From IMG/VR virus record IMGVR_UViG_3300020305_000257, positions 1-30,163 of that record: a DNA stretch of 30,163 nt; one strand, written 5' to 3'. Position 1 is the first letter of the stretch. Every line of letters starts with the position of its first letter. Shown in pieces: positions 27,735 through 30,163 of this stretch. Made by a program: the position numbers and the translations under genes. A model generated the notes under the pieces. That model saw only the letters and a list, made by a program, of their open reading frames with translations. It ran no database searches and had not been told where the DNA came from. The DNA comes from a virus (taxonomy: Duplodnaviria; Caudoviricetes).

Positions 27735-27788
27735 GTTATTCCTGACTGTGGACAAGAACTTTTACTGGCGGTTACTATCGCTATAATC

Positions 27789-27796
27789 TATTTATA
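27789..27796 (-). promoter_or_regulatory. T4-type late promoter TATAAATA
   Basis: Perfect T4 gp55-dependent consensus in the intergenic gap upstream of the small ORF-gp25-gp6-gp7 cluster. Confidence 0.8.
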
Positions 27797-27807
27797 GGGT
27801 TTTCCGA

Positions 27808-27954
27808 CTATTTTCCCTGACCTCTATATCTTTTCCTTTTAGCGTTTCTGCTAGTTGCTGAATATTTTGAATGTTGTCCTGTTCCTTGACGAGATTTTTT
27901 AGGTTTTGTTTCTGTATTGTATACAGTTCCCATCATTCCAGACTTAGTTGCCAT
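27808..27954 (-). CDS. Small basic hypothetical protein, 48 aa (MATKSGMMG...KKSRQGTGQHSKYSATSRNAKRKRYRGQGK)
   Basis: The ATG at 27954 lies 5 nt after the PAAR stop and is preferred over the overlapping start at 28008 given in the track. The product is strongly Lys/Arg-rich. Confidence 0.7.
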   Translation of the reverse strand: MATKSGMMGTVYNTETKPKKSRQGTGQHSKYSATSRNAKRKRYRGQGK

Positions 27955-27959
27955 AATTT

Positions 27960-28493
27960 TTAAGATGCTAATACGGTTGGATGTCCAAAAGCAATAACTG
28001 ACGAGCAAGGTAGAGAGAATCCTGGGAGTCCAACACCTAGTGGGTCGAGTATTCGTGCTAAAGGACGCTTGTGTGCAAAGACTGTAAGCGTTGTTGCGTT
28101 ACAGACTCTAATGTGACCTACACCACCATTATCTTCTATAGTCAAAATACTACATGGGATAGGAGTGGGTATTGGACACATCGATTTTCCACATGGACAA
28201 ATATAGATTATTATATTTGTGCACACAGCTATGTGGAAAGTGAATGTGTCCCCAAATACCATAACAGGAATTCTGTTAACTTGCACCATTGCACGGTCTG
28301 GTGTAATGGGGAAGATTGGTATAAGGGGAGTAGGTGGCCACCAACAAGTCTTATTCTTAATTACTATAGGATAAGGTATTGGTGCTGACCCGCAAGACTG
28401 CACAGAATGCACAGTCGAGGGCAAACAGAGACCATGACCACTACAAGGTAGTCCATTTAATGACGTAACAGGTTTTAAAAATCCTAATGCCAT
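27960..28493 (-). CDS. PAAR-like (T4 gp5.4-like) spike-tip protein with Cys-rich insertions (177 aa)
   Basis: CSGHG..C / V.VN.IPV..FGD.F..H / GH.R....T.TVFAHKRPLARILDP / CSSVIAFGHPTV follow the PAAR three-fold pattern with His/Cys metal ligands. The start overlaps the upstream stop (TAATG). Confidence 0.75.
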   Translation of the reverse strand: MALGFLKPVTSLNGLPCSGHGLCLPSTVHSVQSCGSAPIPYPIVIKNKTCWWPPTPLIPIFPITPDRAMVQVNRIPVMVFGDTFTFHIAVCTNIIIYICPCGKSMCPIPTPIPCSILTIEDNGGVGHIRVCNATTLTVFAHKRPLARILDPLGVGLPGFSLPCSSVIAFGHPTVLAS

Positions 28494-30163
28494 TAATTGA
28501 ATTCCTCGTTGATTTGAGTTCCTGCATTATATGGTCGTCCTTGAGGCACTTCTTGACTACACTCGTCAAAGAATGGGTTTCCAGTGTTATTCAACGCTCT
28601 ACCTAGTGCAACAGTACTACCAGTTAACCAGTTTCTTACAGTCATCTTACCATCATAAGGTCCTAAACGCATATTATTGTTTTCATCTACACGCTGAGGG
28701 TTAATTGCAATCGACGCATCATTCACAAATACTAATCCTACACCACTTCCACTACCAGTCGTGCAACCTGTGCACCAAGGATTAGTGCGACCAAACGCAG
28801 ATATCTCCCACCACCTCTGTCCAGTGATTCCATTTCCGCTTGCGTTATATCCAGAGTACACATTTAATGGTCCTGTAGTGTTACCGCTTCCGCGTGTATA
28901 TGTATCCCAACACTCTGCACCTGGGTATGACCCGCAGTTTACATTCATTGCGTTATATGATACAGAGTTACTACTGTTGTTATTGACAGTGGCAGTTGTG
29001 CCTGTTACGTTGTTACCCATCCATAGTTGTAACTGTCCCACCTCACTTAAACCTACACCAGTGTTATAGTCATATGTATTCTCATCTCCACCTATAGGAA
29101 TGAATATAATATCTGCAGAGTTACTAGGGTCACGGTAGCAACGTCCGTCTACAGTGCCATCATTACAATTCCAAACCTTCGCATTTCCGCTTGCATTAGA
29201 TTTAGGCACTTTCCTTCTAGGCGCAAGCACAGGTTTAGTTTGCTTCTTGAGGAAATTCATGAATGCTTCACCCTGCGCACCTGTAGTTTTACCTTTGATT
29301 TCTAGTGATACTTTAAATGACGCAGCCTCTTGCTCCGATGCACAATACTTATATGGTAAATATCCGAATGCTTTTTCATTATCACTTGCAGTCCTAGTAC
29401 CACCTCTGCGCACTTTCTCTATATTAGGTAGATTGTTAGTTAAGTTTTCCTCTTTACCTACATCTAGGTATGCGCATGGCATATCAAACCATCTACTTAT
29501 GTTGTATAACTTAGGCTGTCCAGTCTCTACACAGTTAGATTTACCAAATGCACCGTATACATGTGATGTGTCATCATTGTATGTGTCGACATCTTTAGTA
29601 GATTGATATACTTGAGGCATAATATCCTTTTCAAACTTAGCAATACCTGGGGATAGTTGACTTACATACTGAAATGTTTCCTCATCTGGCATTGCTTTGT
29701 TTATTAATCCATGAGCATCTATATTGATACAGTCCGATTTGATATTAAAACAGTGCCTAGTGGTGTCCTGTGACTGCTCAGCGACGCGAATGTAACTATC
29801 TGGTATATCTGCTTCCATACCAGTTGTTATTGTTCCTAATGATTGGGTAGTAAAACTCCTAGTCACTGTATCTTCTGAGCCTAGAGCAGGGACGTAATCA
29901 CCTACAGCACTAAATGCATCTGCCATCTCCCTACCCATATTCTCAATCGTTGCTTCATTACTGTCTGTAGTAGGTGATTTAAACTTCATAAGCTCTGGGT
30001 CGCTTACCATAACCTCAGGTATATTGCTTTGGTTGTAACCAGACCCACCATCTACGATGCGCACAGACCTAATAGACCCATATGCATCTAGTTGAGTCAC
30101 CTCAATCGTTGCCTCACGAAAAACGATTTTTTCTTTATTCTTACTTGTGCCCTTTTTCTTCCT
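28493..30163 (-). CDS. Large hypothetical, probably virion-associated protein; 5'-partial (>556 aa)
   Basis: The frame is open to the right edge (RKKKGTSKNKEKIVFREATIEVTQLDAYG...), so the track start at 30100 is internal. It contains a GxGY unit (IVDGGSGY...P.V.V) like those of gp7 and a Cys/Gly/Asn-rich C-terminal region. Confidence 0.75.
   Translation of the reverse strand, partial: RKKKGTSKNKEKIVFREATIEVTQLDAYGSIRSVRIVDGGSGYNQSNIPEVMVSDPELMKFKSPTTDSNEATIENMGREMADAFSAVGDYVPALGSEDTVTRSFTTQSLGTITTGMEADIPDSYIRVAEQSQDTTRHCFNIKSDCINIDAHGLINKAMPDEETFQYVSQLSPGIAKFEKDIMPQVYQSTKDVDTYNDDTSHVYGAFGKSNCVETGQPKLYNISRWFDMPCAYLDVGKEENLTNNLPNIEKVRRGGTRTASDNEKAFGYLPYKYCASEQEAASFKVSLEIKGKTTGAQGEAFMNFLKKQTKPVLAPRRKVPKSNASGNAKVWNCNDGTVDGRCYRDPSNSADIIFIPIGGDENTYDYNTGVGLSEVGQLQLWMGNNVTGTTATVNNNSSNSVSYNAMNVNCGSYPGAECWDTYTRGSGNTTGPLNVYSGYNASGNGITGQRWWEISAFGRTNPWCTGCTTGSGSGVGLVFVNDASIAINPQRVDENNNMRLGPYDGKMTVRNWLTGSTVALGRALNNTGNPFFDECSQEVPQGRPYNAGTQINEEFN

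Noticed and set aside
27955-28008. Track start of the 66-aa ORF at 28008
   Set aside because: It overlaps the PAAR gene; the ATG at 27954 just after the PAAR stop is more plausible.
62-29606. The many plus-strand ORFs (60-150 aa) in the track
   Set aside because: They lie antisense to long, motif-supported minus-strand genes. Their Pro/Val/Ser-rich content mirrors the sense codon bias, and they show no recognisable motifs.
30098-30100. Track start (GTG) of the 535-aa ORF
   Set aside because: The frame is open to the window edge, so the true start is probably outside the window.
1-30163. tRNA/rRNA genes and rho-independent terminators
   Set aside because: Intergenic gaps are all under ~75 nt, and none shows a cloverleaf or a GC-rich hairpin followed by a U-tract.

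Overview
AT-rich segment of a T4-like myovirus, most likely a marine cyanophage (inferred from gene content, gene order and TAAATA late-promoter motifs). All credible genes are on the minus strand and form a late baseplate module. In transcription order: a 5'-truncated large virion-type protein, an enlarged Cys-rich PAAR (gp5.4-like) spike-tip protein, a 48-aa basic protein, a late promoter with a possibly structured leader and a 51-aa ORF missing from the ORF track, gp25, gp6, a 7476-aa gp7-like wedge protein, a YHYH+Ig protein, and a 3'-truncated fibre/connector with a gp9/gp10-type N-terminus (also missing from the track). The main observation is that the C-terminal half of the giant gp7 carries six (plus one degenerate) helical repeats resembling phycobiliprotein subunits, with Cys at positions matching both bilin-attachment sites. 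These appear to be nested inside one another and around Cys/Asp/His beta-repeats. All homology calls come from motif recognition by eye; no searches were run.
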